Part shown: in pieces, positions 1-10,035 of the stretch
How positions within the stretch are numbered: the stretch's first letter is position 1
How the letters are laid out: the number at the start of each line of letters is the position of its first letter
Origin: Dictyostelium discoideum
Lineage: Eukaryota
NCBI GenBank assembly: GCA_000004695.1
Contig: CM000150.2
Coordinates: 1 to 64,000 of the forward strand
Length of the DNA: 64,000 nt
Reading direction: 5' to 3'
Translations under genes and position numbers: made by a program
Notes under the pieces: generated by a model
The model's input: only the letters and a program-made list of their open reading frames with translations
Database searches by the model: none
Told to the model about the DNA's origin: nothing

Positions 1-100
1 NNNNNNNNNNNNNNNNNNNNNNNNNNNNNNNNNNNNNNNNNNNNNNNNNNNNNNNNNNNNNNNNNNNNNNNNNNNNNNNNNNNNNNNNNNNNNNNNNNNN
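1..100. other. Run of N (assembly gap or contig edge)
   Basis: 100 consecutive n characters. Confidence 0.95.
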
Positions 101-1034
101 TATAGTTACTATTGTAAATCGATAGATAACTTAATTTCATTAATATTATACATAGTAACATTATAAAAAACTTTTAATTTTTATTTGGGAATTTCAAATT
201 GCTCATTTGGGAAAATTTTTAACTAAGAAAAAATTCAAAAAAAAAAAAAATTTCAAATTTTTAAAATGGGTTCTACTCTCAATACTTGCTATTGACAATC
301 GGTAGGTAACTTAATTTCATTAATATTATCCATAGTAACATTATAAAAAACTTTTAATTTTTATTTGGGAATGTCAAATTGCTCATTTGGGAAAAATTTT
401 TTGACTTGGAAAAATTTTGGAAAAAAAAAAAATTAAATTTTTAAAATGGGCTCTAAGCTCGATACTTGCTATTGACAATCGATAGGTATCATAATTTCAT
501 CAATATCATACATAGTAACATATTAAAAATAGATTAATTTTTATTTGGGAATGTCAAATTGCTCATTTAGGAAAAAAAAAAAAATTTTCAAAATGGACTC
601 TACATTCGATACTTGCTATTGACAATCGATAGGCAAACCCTTTTTATTAATATTATCAATAGTAATGTATATTTTATCTTTTAATTTTTATTTGGGAATG
701 TCAAATTGCTCATTTAGGAAAAAAAAAAAAAATTTCAAAATGGGCTCTAAGTTCGATACTCACTATTGACAATAGTTATATAATGTAATTTTATTAATAG
801 TATACATAGTAACATATTTTCTAAAGAGTAACTATACCTTAAAAAAGTTGTTAATTTAATTGAAAATTTTGAAAAATTAAAATTTTAAAATCGATTAATT
901 AACCTATAGTTACTATTACAAATCGATAGATAACTTAATTTCATTAATATTGTCCATAGTAACATTATAAAAAACTTTTAATTTTTATTTGGGAATGTCA
1001 AATTGCTCATTTGGGAAAATTTTTTAACTTAGAA

Positions 1035-1066
<32 letters not shown>

Positions 1067-1070
1067 TGAG
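101..1070. repeat. Satellite-like tandem array, about 180-bp unit, at least 5 units
   Basis: The motif ttatttgggaat(g/t)tcaaattgctcatttgggaaaa recurs at 181, 361, 541, 688 and 985. Each unit carries ctattgacaatcgatagg and catagtaacat blocks; one unit (780-900) is diverged. Confidence 0.7.
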
Positions 1071-1725
1071 AGCTACCAGTAATTTAATATTTTATAATTT
1101 AAAATTATCTTTAAAACTTATAAATAATATGTCATTAGATTCATATATCGATTTTGAATATATCTATATATTATTTATAATTTTATGAGCTCATTTTATA
1201 ACTTAAAGTACTTAAATAATTTTCAATGAAATCCTATAAAAAATTTCGGAAAAAGTTTTGATACCAATATTTGTTCAATTTAAGTTTTATACATCCATTA
1301 TTTTTTATAATTACTTATAATATACTATTATTTATTTAAAAGGTTAATTTTATATATTTAAAAACTATTTGATCACATTTACCTTACCTAAAAATCATTT
1401 TATACCCTAAAAAAAGAATAATTTTAATTTTAATTTTTATAAATAGCCTATAAATAAATAAATTATATATCAATATACTCCTGCTGAATTTAGACATCGT
1501 TTTATATATAATTAATAAATTTATGAGCTCTTTTCAATCCCTAAAATTAATTTGAAATTTTAAAAAATTGAAATCTTAATCAAAAATCAAAATTTTATAA
1601 CGACTTCCTACAACTTTAAAACTTTTTTATTTAAACTTAAAAACATTGATAACCTATAATTGTATTAGTCAGTTATTGATTTTGAGCATAATTCAAAATT
1701 TTAAATTTATTAATTTTTAATATGA

Positions 1726-1905
1726 TCCCATATTAATTTTTTATATGGACACCCGGCCGCCTGCCCATATTAATTTTTTATATGGCACCTGGCCCTCTGC
1801 CCATATTAATTTTTTATATGGTACCTGGCCCTCTGCCCATATTAATTTTTTATATGGCACCTGGCCCTCTACCCATACTAATTTTTTATATGGCACCTGG
1901 CCCTC
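1726..1905 (+). repeat. 37-bp tandem repeat (gcccatattaattttttatatggcacctggccctct), about 4.7 units, abutting a DIRS-1 fragment
   Basis: Direct reading. The array translates in frame as reiterated MAPGPLPILIFY at the start of ORF 1782..3287. Confidence 0.8.
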
Positions 1906-3403
1906 AGTCGTCTTTCAGAGATGAATCACAAATCATCGACCAGAGTAATCAAGAGTTACAACTGGCAACTGAAGAAGGAAGTGTTCAATCGCATCCAACT
2001 TCAATTCGGTCAAATACAGATGGATCTGTTCGCATCTCACCTCAACCATCAAACGAACAACTATTCAACAATCAGAATGAATGCACTCCACCTCGATTGG
2101 AGTCAATGGAAGCAATGTCTGGCCTTTCCACCACCCATTCTTTTGCCTTCTATCCTGGAGAAGATGAACTCATCCAGTTCGAAGAAGGTTTCTATAATAC
2201 TGATCTTCCCAATCTGGAGATCAGCAACTTGGTATCCGATGATTCAAGCACAAGTTCCTCGTCATCATCGTCACATGTTTCCCCAAGTACTGGGAACATT
2301 CCAAGAAGTATTGACCAAACAATCAGTAGAGTCGATACCAATCCAGATTCAACAACGTTGGAAACTGGGGATTATTCAACTTTCCAATCTCATGTAATGT
2401 CCTTCGCTCGTACAACAAATACAAAAACAGCTGAGCTGTTAATGAAGTCTTGGGAACCTTCCACTCTCAAAGTATATAGCTCCAGTTATACAAGATTCCT
2501 CAATTTCTGTACTTTGAACTCTTTGAATCCAGCAAACATTACCTTAGTTGTTTTCATGGATTATCTTACACATCTGTTCAAACACAAACCTCCGTTAGCC
2601 TTCTCAACAATTAATGGTCATCGCTCTATGTTGAATCAGTTGTTACTCCTTAGGAATCAAACTGATATTGTTAATGATCCATTCATTACAAGAATTATGA
2701 CTGGTATTCACAAATTGCGCCCTTCATCTGCAAAGTATAAAGAGATATGGGATGCAAATCAAGTATTCAAGCACTTATCTACTATCAAAGTTATCCCTAA
2801 GTACACATACACTGCGCTATTAAACAAGACACTTGTACTCTGTAAAATGTTTGGTTTAGCAAGATCATCAGACTTGGTGAAGTGGTCGTTCAAAGGTCTC
2901 ATTATTTCTCTTGACTCAATCAAAGGTCCAGTTATTAATGCTAAAGAACAAAGAAGTGGTGTTGTTTCAGTCTTAGAATTAACTTCGTTAGATGATACTA
3001 ACTCTCAAGTATGCCCTGTTCGCCACCTTGCAACATACCTTAGAGCCTCTAAAGGAAGAAGAAAGCCCCATTCGGGTGACTCTGTCTTTATTAAGAATGA
3101 GGGTGAACCGCTCCAAGTTAATGATATTAACTCAATTGTACTATCAGCACTCTCAAAGTCAGGCATTGATATTGTCAAGTTCAAATCTCACTCTACCCGT
3201 TCCGCTATGGCTTCTCTGCTGTTGTCCAATAACGTTCTATTCCACGTTGTCAAGAAGATGATCGTTGGAAATCAAATGATACTGTAGATACCTTCTACGA
3301 TAAAAGAATCATTGGTGAAAAATCTGGTGGTTTCTTAAATACTGTCGTCCAAATTTCATAATATATATATATATATATGATAATATAAATTAAAAATTTA
3401 TAT
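1906..3403 (+). mobile_element. DIRS-1 copy A: 5'-truncated 3' portion (recombinase C-terminal half plus ICR), no right ITR
   Basis: Near-identical to 6310-7810 of the full copy. Ends in the ICR (3361-3403) and joins directly to the next copy's left ITR. Confidence 0.85.
1913..3287 (+). pseudogene. DIRS-1 tyrosine recombinase ORF, C-terminal half, frameshifted
   Basis: The KFKSHSTRSAMASLL (H..R) box is present. A net 1-bp loss near 3250 turns ...VKKMGRWKSNDTVDTFY into ...KKMIVGNQMIL*, so the catalytic Tyr is lost. Confidence 0.7.
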
Positions 3404-3847
3404 TATCATATATATATATATATTATGAATAACATTTATTTATTTGAATTTCCCAAATATTTAAGATAATTTTTTAGAATGTTCTAGAACATTCGAAGAA
3501 TAAAAAATTTTCGAAAGAAAAGTAAAAATTTCGAACCGGCACAATGACGCGATAATTGCGCAAGGTCGAAAAACTGAAAAATTCCGAACCGACACTATGC
3601 ACAAAGTTGTGAAGGGTCGAAAACTCTTATTTTTTAGAGTTTTGCGAAATTTTTAAGAAAATAAAAACGTATAAATAGTGGCACTAAAAACTAAAACAAT
3701 TTGATTTATTTTATTTGGGAATTCCTCCTATATATATATTTAAGATACACACACATACAAATTTTATACAAATAATTATTTCTCTTTATTAATTTTTAAT
3801 ATTATTATTTTTTCTCATATTATAATTTTAGATATCAACAATAAAAT
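3404..3847 (+). repeat. DIRS-1 left inverted terminal repeat (copy B)
   Basis: Reverse complement present at 7860-8231. The same block recurs at every DIRS copy in the window. Confidence 0.85.
3480..3500. promoter_or_regulatory. Heat-shock-element-like palindrome in the ITR (gTTCtaGAAcaTTCgaag)
   Basis: Three alternating nTTCn/nGAAn pentamers read directly. DIRS-1 ITRs are reported to carry heat-shock promoter elements. The same motif is in every ITR copy (for example 8103-8119). Confidence 0.45.
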
Positions 3848-4855
3848 ATGTCTACCACTGTTAATAATAACGAAGCCTCTAGTAGTAGTACCTCTATCTC
3901 TAATAGCGCTGAATCCTTTGATTTAAGAATGAAATCAATGGAGGATCAAATCAACAACCTTTCTTTAGCCTTTACAAGATTCATGAAAGAACCTATGTTC
4001 TCATCTAATACCAACTCACGTAGCCAACCTTCTCATGATAACTCTGACACTGAGAATGAACAAAGTGAAGATGAATCAAGTAACAATGTCGAAGTTCCAA
4101 CCGATTATCAATTATCCGATACCTTACTTGGTCAGTACAAACATATGGTAAACAATCAAGGTTTACTCGTCGAAGAAGAATGTATCCTCAAGAAAGATGA
4201 GATATCCGAATTGAATAAAGTATTCAACTTTCCATCTAACTTCCAAGTGAATGTCGCTCCATTCGGTACACCTGAAGGTATTACTGTATCATCCAACGTC
4301 AAGAACAATGATACTGACTTGTTGATTGTCGAAAAGCGAATCAACGATAGCTTAAAACCTTTGCTTCTCATATCAAGTATGTTATCATCTGATAGCTCTA
4401 ATGTCGATGTAGAACTTATTAGTTACTTAACTCAGAGTGCAATTGTCTTAGCCGTTAATGCTCAAGCATCGCTTAGTCGTGTCCGTCGTAAAAACATCGC
4501 TAAAGAAATCTATGGTTCTGAAGTACTCTTACCAATTAAGATCAAGGATACACCAAAGATGTTTGATGAAACTGAAACTGAACGTGTAAGAAAGCTAGCC
4601 AAGTCAATCAGAAAGAACAACGAAGCAAAACAATCATTGTTAAAATTGAATTATCATTCCAAGCCCAATGTCAAAAAATTAGTTAACTCAAGTGGTAATA
4701 ACACTACAGGAAACAGTAGTAATAGTAAATCCAGTAGTGGGAGTAATGGCCGATCTAACAACTTCAATGGATCACCAAGTAATGTTGCATCAGGTAGCAA
4801 CAATACCAAGTCTGCCAACGGTACCAACAACCGTTTTCAGAAGAACAAGAAGTAA
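3848..4855 (+). CDS. DIRS-1 ORF1, Gag-like protein (335 aa) with Ser/Asn-rich C-terminus
   Basis: ATG-initiated ORF directly after the left ITR. The same 335-aa ORF is open in copies J and L. Confidence 0.8.
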   Translation: MSTTVNNNEASSSSTSISNSAESFDLRMKSMEDQINNLSLAFTRFMKEPMFSSNTNSRSQPSHDNSDTENEQSEDESSNNVEVPTDYQLSDTLLGQYKHMVNNQGLLVEEECILKKDEISELNKVFNFPSNFQVNVAPFGTPEGITVSSNVKNNDTDLLIVEKRINDSLKPLLLISSMLSSDSSNVDVELISYLTQSAIVLAVNAQASLSRVRRKNIAKEIYGSEVLLPIKIKDTPKMFDETETERVRKLAKSIRKNNEAKQSLLKLNYHSKPNVKKLVNSSGNNTTGNSSNSKSSSGSNGRSNNFNGSPSNVASGSNNTKSANGTNNRFQKNKK

Positions 4856-7769
4856 ACTTACCAGTAGGTGGACGTCTGTTCCACCACAAACAAGTTTGGA
4901 AAGAATTGGGTCTTCCAAACTTTTGTCAAGAGGTCGTAAATGGATTAAAAGTCCATCTACTTCCAAATTTCAAGCCGATGCTAAACCCAATTCCGATTTC
5001 AATTCCAGAGGGTCCGAAATCAGATTGCATCACAAAGGAAGTACAAGACTTGTTATTAGACGATGCCATAGAACAAGTACTTCCAAACCGTTTTTCAAAG
5101 CGCGTTTTTTACTCCAACGTGTTTACGGTTCCAAAACCTGGAACAAATGTACATCGTCCATTTCTAGACTTAAAAAGGTTAAACACTTACATCAACAACC
5201 AATCATTCAAGATGGAAGGAATCAAGAATCTACCATCAATGGTCAAACAAGGTTATTACATGGTAAAACTCGATATCAAGAAAGCTTACCTACACGTGTT
5301 AGTAGATCCACAATACAGAGACTTATTCCGCTTCGTGTGGAAAGGTTCGCACTACCGTTGGAAAACAATGCCGTTCGGGTTATCGACAGCTCCTCGTATC
5401 TTTACAATGCTGTTAAGACCTGTACTTCGAATGTTGAGAGATATCAACGTATCCGTCATCGCTTACTTGGACGATCTATTAATCGTCGGTTCAACAAAAG
5501 AAGAATGTTTATCCAACCTCAAAAAGACAATGGACTTACTTGTCAAACTAGGTTTCAAGTTAAATCTAGAAAAGAGTGTTCTCGAACCAACTCAATCAAT
5601 TACGTTTCTCGGATTACAAATCGATTCGGTATCAATGAAGTTTCTTGTTCCCAAAGAAAAGAAGAAAAGTGTCATCAAGGAAATCAGAAACTTTTTAAAA
5701 CTAGATTGTTGTTCCCCAAGAAAGCTTGCTGGTTTAAAAGGAAAGCTAATCGCACTGAAAGATGCAGTCATCCCATTCAGACTTTACACTCGTCGAACAA
5801 ACAAGTTTCACTCTCAATGTCTGACTCTAGCCAATGGAGATTGGGATCAATCATTCCCCATTCCTCAAGAGGTCAAGTCAGAGATTTCACATTGGTTAAC
5901 AGTTCTAAACCAATGGAATGGAAAAGAAATCAGTCTGTTTCCAAGTTACGACTATGTTCTTACAACCGATGCCTCGGAATCAGGTGCAGGTGCCACTCTC
6001 AAGAAAGGAAACAAGGTAATCAAAACTTGGTCATTCCAGTGGTCAACAACTCAATCAAACATGTCGTCAAATCGTCGAGAAATGCTCGCTCTGCTAATGG
6101 CCTATCAAGCGCTATGTCGGAAACTGAACAACTGCAATCTGAAGATTCAAACCGACAATACTACCACTCTCTCTTACATCAATCGCCAGGGTGGTCAGAT
6201 ACAGGATCTCTCAGTTCTGTTCGAACAACTTTGGAAACAATGCCTCAAGAAGAAAGTGAACTTGATTGGAGAGCATATTCCAGGATTTTTCAATGTAAAA
6301 GCCGACCAACTCAGCCGTCTTTCAGAGATGAATCACAAATCGTCGTCCAGAGTAATCAAGAGTTACAACTGGCAACTGAAAAAGGAAGTGTTCAATCGCA
6401 TACAACTTCAATTCGGTCAAATACAGATGGATCTGTTCGCATCTCACCTCAACCATCAAACGAGCAACTACTCAACAATCAGAATGAATGCACTCCACCT
6501 CGATTGGAGTCAATGGAAGCAATGTCTAGCCTTTCCACCACCCATTCTTTTGCCTTCTATCCTGGAGAAGATGAACTCATCCAGTTCGAAGAAGGTTTCT
6601 ATAATACTGATCTTCCCAATCTGGAGATCAGCAACTTGGTATCCGATGATTCAAGCTCAAGTTCCTCGTCATCATCGTCACATGTTTCCTCAAGTATTGG
6701 GAACATTCCAAGAAGTATTGACCAAACAATCAGTAGAGTCGATACCAATCCAGATTCAACAACGTTGGAAACTGGGGATTATTCAACTTTCCAATCTCAT
6801 GTAATGTCCTTCGCTCGTACAACAAATACAAAAACAGCTGAGCTGTTAATGAAGTCTTGGGAACCTTCCACTCTCAAAGTTTATAGCTCCAGTTATACAA
6901 GATTCCGCAATTTCTGTACTTTGAACTCTTTGAATCCAGCAAACATAACCTTAGTTGTTTTCATGGATTATCTTACACATCTGTTCAAGCACAAACCTCC
7001 GTTAGCCTTCTCAACAATTAACGGTCATCGCTCTATGTTGAATCAGTTGTTACTCCTTAGGAATCAAACTGATATTGTTAATGATCCATTCATCACAAGA
7101 ATTATGACTGGTATTCACAAGTTGCGTCCTTCATCAGCAAAGTATAAAGAGATATGGGATGCAAACCAAGTATTCAAGCACTTATCTACTATCAAAGTTA
7201 TCCCTAAGTACACATACACTGCGCTATTAAACAAGACACTTGTACTCTGTAAAATGTTTGGTTTAGCAAGATCATCAGACTTGGTAAAGTGGTCGTTCAA
7301 AGGTCTCATTATTTCTCTTGACTCAATCAAAGGTCCAGTTATCAATGCTAAAGAACAAAGAAGTGGTGTTGTTTCAATCTTAGAATTAACTTCGTTAGAT
7401 GATACTAACTCTCAAGTATGCCCTGTTCGCCACCTTGCAACATACCTTAGAGCCTCTAAAGGAAGAAGAAAGCCCCATTCGGGTGACTCTGTCTTTATTA
7501 AGAATGAGGGTGAACCGCTCCAAGTTAATGATATTAACTCAATTGTATTATCAACGCTCTCAAAGTCAGGCATTGATATTGTCAAGTTCAAATCTCACTC
7601 TACCCGTTCCGCTATGGCTTCTCTGCTGTTGTCCAATAATGTTCCGTTCCACATTGTCAAGAAGATGGGTCGTTGGAAATCAAACGATACTGTAGATACC
7701 TTCTACGATAAAAGAATCATTGGTGAAAAATCTGGTGGTTTCTTAAATACTGTCGTCCAAATTTCATAA
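4692..7769 (+). CDS. DIRS-1 long ORF (1025 aa) ending in a tyrosine-recombinase domain
   Basis: C-terminal motifs ...CPVRHLATYLRASKGRR..., HSTRS (H..R) and GRWKSNDTVDTFY (catalytic Y). It overlaps the RT ORF in another frame, as in DIRS-type elements. Confidence 0.8.
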   Translation: MVITLQETVVIVNPVVGVMADLTTSMDHQVMLHQVATIPSLPTVPTTVFRRTRSKLTSRWTSVPPQTSLERIGSSKLLSRGRKWIKSPSTSKFQADAKPNSDFNSRGSEIRLHHKGSTRLVIRRCHRTSTSKPFFKARFLLQRVYGSKTWNKCTSSISRLKKVKHLHQQPIIQDGRNQESTINGQTRLLHGKTRYQESLPTRVSRSTIQRLIPLRVERFALPLENNAVRVIDSSSYLYNAVKTCTSNVERYQRIRHRLLGRSINRRFNKRRMFIQPQKDNGLTCQTRFQVKSRKECSRTNSINYVSRITNRFGINEVSCSQRKEEKCHQGNQKLFKTRLLFPKKACWFKRKANRTERCSHPIQTLHSSNKQVSLSMSDSSQWRLGSIIPHSSRGQVRDFTLVNSSKPMEWKRNQSVSKLRLCSYNRCLGIRCRCHSQERKQGNQNLVIPVVNNSIKHVVKSSRNARSANGLSSAMSETEQLQSEDSNRQYYHSLLHQSPGWSDTGSLSSVRTTLETMPQEESELDWRAYSRIFQCKSRPTQPSFRDESQIVVQSNQELQLATEKGSVQSHTTSIRSNTDGSVRISPQPSNEQLLNNQNECTPPRLESMEAMSSLSTTHSFAFYPGEDELIQFEEGFYNTDLPNLEISNLVSDDSSSSSSSSSSHVSSSIGNIPRSIDQTISRVDTNPDSTTLETGDYSTFQSHVMSFARTTNTKTAELLMKSWEPSTLKVYSSSYTRFRNFCTLNSLNPANITLVVFMDYLTHLFKHKPPLAFSTINGHRSMLNQLLLLRNQTDIVNDPFITRIMTGIHKLRPSSAKYKEIWDANQVFKHLSTIKVIPKYTYTALLNKTLVLCKMFGLARSSDLVKWSFKGLIISLDSIKGPVINAKEQRSGVVSILELTSLDDTNSQVCPVRHLATYLRASKGRRKPHSGDSVFIKNEGEPLQVNDINSIVLSTLSKSGIDIVKFKSHSTRSAMASLLLSNNVPFHIVKKMGRWKSNDTVDTFYDKRIIGEKSGGFLNTVVQIS
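4906..6804 (+). CDS. DIRS-1 pol ORF (632 aa): reverse transcriptase, RNase H and methyltransferase-like domains
   Basis: RT motifs PFGLSTAPRIF and YLDDLLIVG, RNase H TDASESGAGA, and DLFAS (methyltransferase-like motif I) near the C-terminus. Confidence 0.85.
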   Translation: MGLPNFCQEVVNGLKVHLLPNFKPMLNPIPISIPEGPKSDCITKEVQDLLLDDAIEQVLPNRFSKRVFYSNVFTVPKPGTNVHRPFLDLKRLNTYINNQSFKMEGIKNLPSMVKQGYYMVKLDIKKAYLHVLVDPQYRDLFRFVWKGSHYRWKTMPFGLSTAPRIFTMLLRPVLRMLRDINVSVIAYLDDLLIVGSTKEECLSNLKKTMDLLVKLGFKLNLEKSVLEPTQSITFLGLQIDSVSMKFLVPKEKKKSVIKEIRNFLKLDCCSPRKLAGLKGKLIALKDAVIPFRLYTRRTNKFHSQCLTLANGDWDQSFPIPQEVKSEISHWLTVLNQWNGKEISLFPSYDYVLTTDASESGAGATLKKGNKVIKTWSFQWSTTQSNMSSNRREMLALLMAYQALCRKLNNCNLKIQTDNTTTLSYINRQGGQIQDLSVLFEQLWKQCLKKKVNLIGEHIPGFFNVKADQLSRLSEMNHKSSSRVIKSYNWQLKKEVFNRIQLQFGQIQMDLFASHLNHQTSNYSTIRMNALHLDWSQWKQCLAFPPPILLPSILEKMNSSSSKKVSIILIFPIWRSATWYPMIQAQVPRHHRHMFPQVLGTFQEVLTKQSVESIPIQIQQRWKLGIIQLSNLM

Positions 7770-8231
7770 TATATATATATATATATGATAATATAAATTA
7801 AAAATTTAATTTATTAAATTATATTTTATATTAAATATATATATATATATTAGTCCCATCCCACCCGCCCTTAGTCGGAATTCCATAAATCAAATTGTTT
7901 TAGTTTTTAGTGCCACTATTTATACGTTTTTATTTTCTTAAAAATTTCGCAAAACTCTAAAAAATAAGAGTTTTCGACCCTTCACAACTTTGTGCATAGT
8001 GTCGGTTCGGAATTTTTCAGTTTTTCGACCTTTCGCAATTATCGCGTCATTGTGCCGGTTCGAAATTTTTACTTTTCTTTCGAAAATTTTTTATTCTTCG
8101 AATGTTCTAGAACATTCTAAAAAAATTATCTTAAATATTTGGGAAATTCAAATAAATAAATGTTATTCATAATATATATATATATATTTAATATAAAAAA
8201 TAATTTAATAAACTAAATTTTTAAATTATAT
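7770..8231 (+). repeat. DIRS-1 right ITR including the ICR (7770-7860)
   Basis: The ICR tcataatatatat...gataatataaattaaaaatttaatttattaaattatatttt matches or complements the outer ITR ends. It is followed by tagtcccatcccacccgcccttagtcggaattcc and then the ITR body. Confidence 0.8.
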
Positions 8232-8347
8232 TTTATCCAACCTCAAAAAGACAATGGACTTACTTGTCAAACTAGGTTTCAAGCTGAATCTAGAAAAGAG
8301 TGTCAACTCAATCAATTACATTTCTCGGATTACAAATCGATTCGGTA
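8232..8347 (+). mobile_element. Short DIRS-1 RT-region fragment (corresponds to about 5506-5640) with a small internal deletion
   Basis: atccaacctcaaaaagacaatggacttacttgtcaaactaggtttcaag... matches the RT ORF. Confidence 0.6.
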
Positions 8348-10035
8348 CTTGAGGAAACATGTGACGATGATGACGAGGAACTTGAGCTTGAATCATCGGA
8401 TACCAAGTTGCTGATCTCCAGATTGGGAAGATCAGTATTATGGAAACCTTCTTCGAACTGGATGAGTTCATCTTCTCCAGGATAGAAGGCAAAAGAATGG
8501 GTGGTGGGAAGGCTAGACATTGCTTCTATTGACTCCAATCGAGGTGGAGTGCATTCATTCTTATTGTTGAGTAGTTGTTCGTTTGATGGTTGAGGTGAGA
8601 TGCGAACAGATCCATCTGTATTTGACCGAATTGAAGTTGGATGCGATTGAACACTTTCTTCTTCAGTTGCCAGTTGTAACTCTTGATTACTCTGGTCGAT
8701 GATTTGTGATTCATATCTGAAAGACGACTGAGGTGGTCGGCTTTTACATTGAAGAATCCTGGAATATGCTCTCCAATCAAGTTCACTTTCTTCTTGAGGC
8801 ATTGTTTCCAAAGTTGTTCGAACAGAACTGAGAGATCTTGTATCTGACCACCCTGGCGATTGATGTAAGAGAGAGTGGTAGTATTGTCGGTTTGAATCTT
8901 CAGCTTGCAGTTGTTCAGTTTCTGACAAAGCGCTTGATAAGCCATTAACAGCGCGAGCATTTCTCGACGATTTGACGACATGTTTGATTGAGTTGTTGAC
9001 CACTGGAATGACCAAGTTTTGATTACCTTGTTTCCTTTCTTGAGAGAGGCACCTGCACCTGATTCTGAGGCATCGGTTGTAAGAACATAGTCGTAACTTG
9101 GAAACAGACTGATTTCTTTTCCATTCCATTGGTTTAGAACTGTTAACACGTTGGAGTAAAAAACGCGCTTTGAATAACGGTTTGGAAGTACTTGTTCGAT
9201 GGCATCGTCTAATAACAAGTCTTGTACTTCCTTTGTGATGCAATCTGATTTCGGACCCTCTGGAATTGAAATCGGAATTGGGTTTAGCATCGGCTTGAAG
9301 TTTGGAAGCAGATGGACTTTTAATCCATTTACGACCTCTTGACAAAAGTTTGGAAGACCCAATTTTTTCCAAACTTGTTTGTGGTGGAACAGACGTCCAC
9401 CTACTGGTAAGTTTACTTCTTGTTCTTCTGAAAACGGTTGTTGGTACCGTTGGCAGACTTGGTATTGTTGCTACCTGATGCAACATTACTTGGTGATCCA
9501 TTGAAGTTGTTAGATCGGCCATTACTCCCACTACTGGATTTACTATTACTACTGTTTCCTGTAGTGTTATTACCACTTGAGTTAACTAATTTCTTGGCAT
9601 TGGGCTTGGAATGATAATTCAATTTTAACAATGATTATTTTGCTTCGTTGTTCTTTCTGATTGACTTGGCTAGCTTTCTTACACGTTCAGTTTCAGTTTC
9701 ATCAAACATCTTTGGTGTATCCTTGATCTTAATTGGTAAGAGTACTTCAGAACCATAGATTTCTTTAGCGATGTTTTTACGACGGACACGACTAAGCGAT
9801 GCTTGAGCATTAACGGCTAAGATGATTGTACTCTGAGTTAAGTAACTAATAAGTTCTACATCGACATTAGAGCTATCAGATGATAACATACTTGACATGA
9901 GAAGCAAAGGTTTCAAGCTATCGTTGATTCGCTTTTCAACAATCAACAAGTCAGTATCATTGTTCTTGACGTTGGATGATACAGTAATACCTTCAGGTGT
10001 ACCGAATGGAGCGACATTCACTTGGAAGTTAGATG
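8348..10035 (-). mobile_element. DIRS-1 fragment (ORF1 3' part through ORF2 5' part) in minus orientation with an internal deletion of about 1 kb
   Basis: Minus-strand ORFs 8308..9576, 8526..9362, 9413..9631 and 9635..10021 match DIRS proteins. A deletion junction is visible (FLLQRV|NSSKPMEWK). Confidence 0.8.

Larger units (their letters stand above)
3404..8231 (+). mobile_element. DIRS-1 copy B: full-length element with both ITRs and all three ORFs open
   Basis: Left ITR 3404-3847 and right ITR 7770-8231 are reverse complements (gaattcc...ttcgaaccggcacaatgacgcg...). The ICR next to the ORF end matches the ITR outer termini. ORFs of 335, 1025 and 632 aa are all open. Confidence 0.9.

Noticed and set aside
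1726-1905. CRISPR-like appearance of the 37-bp direct repeats
   Set aside because: The repeats are contiguous with no spacers, in a eukaryotic AT-rich context, and are fused to a DIRS fragment. This is a simple tandem repeat, not a CRISPR array.
2992-3261. Alternative-frame ORFs inside the recombinase region (MILTLKYALFATLQHTLEPLKEEE...), present in every copy
   Set aside because: Same-strand alternate frame of a repeated element. Its conservation tracks copy identity, not selection.
4156-4371. Conserved antisense 71-aa ORF inside DIRS-1 ORF1 (also at 49503, 55817, 56288, 60547 and 28641)
   Set aside because: It recurs only because the underlying repeat is copied and it has no independent support. 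DIRS-1 antisense transcription is reported, but this ORF is not taken as coding.
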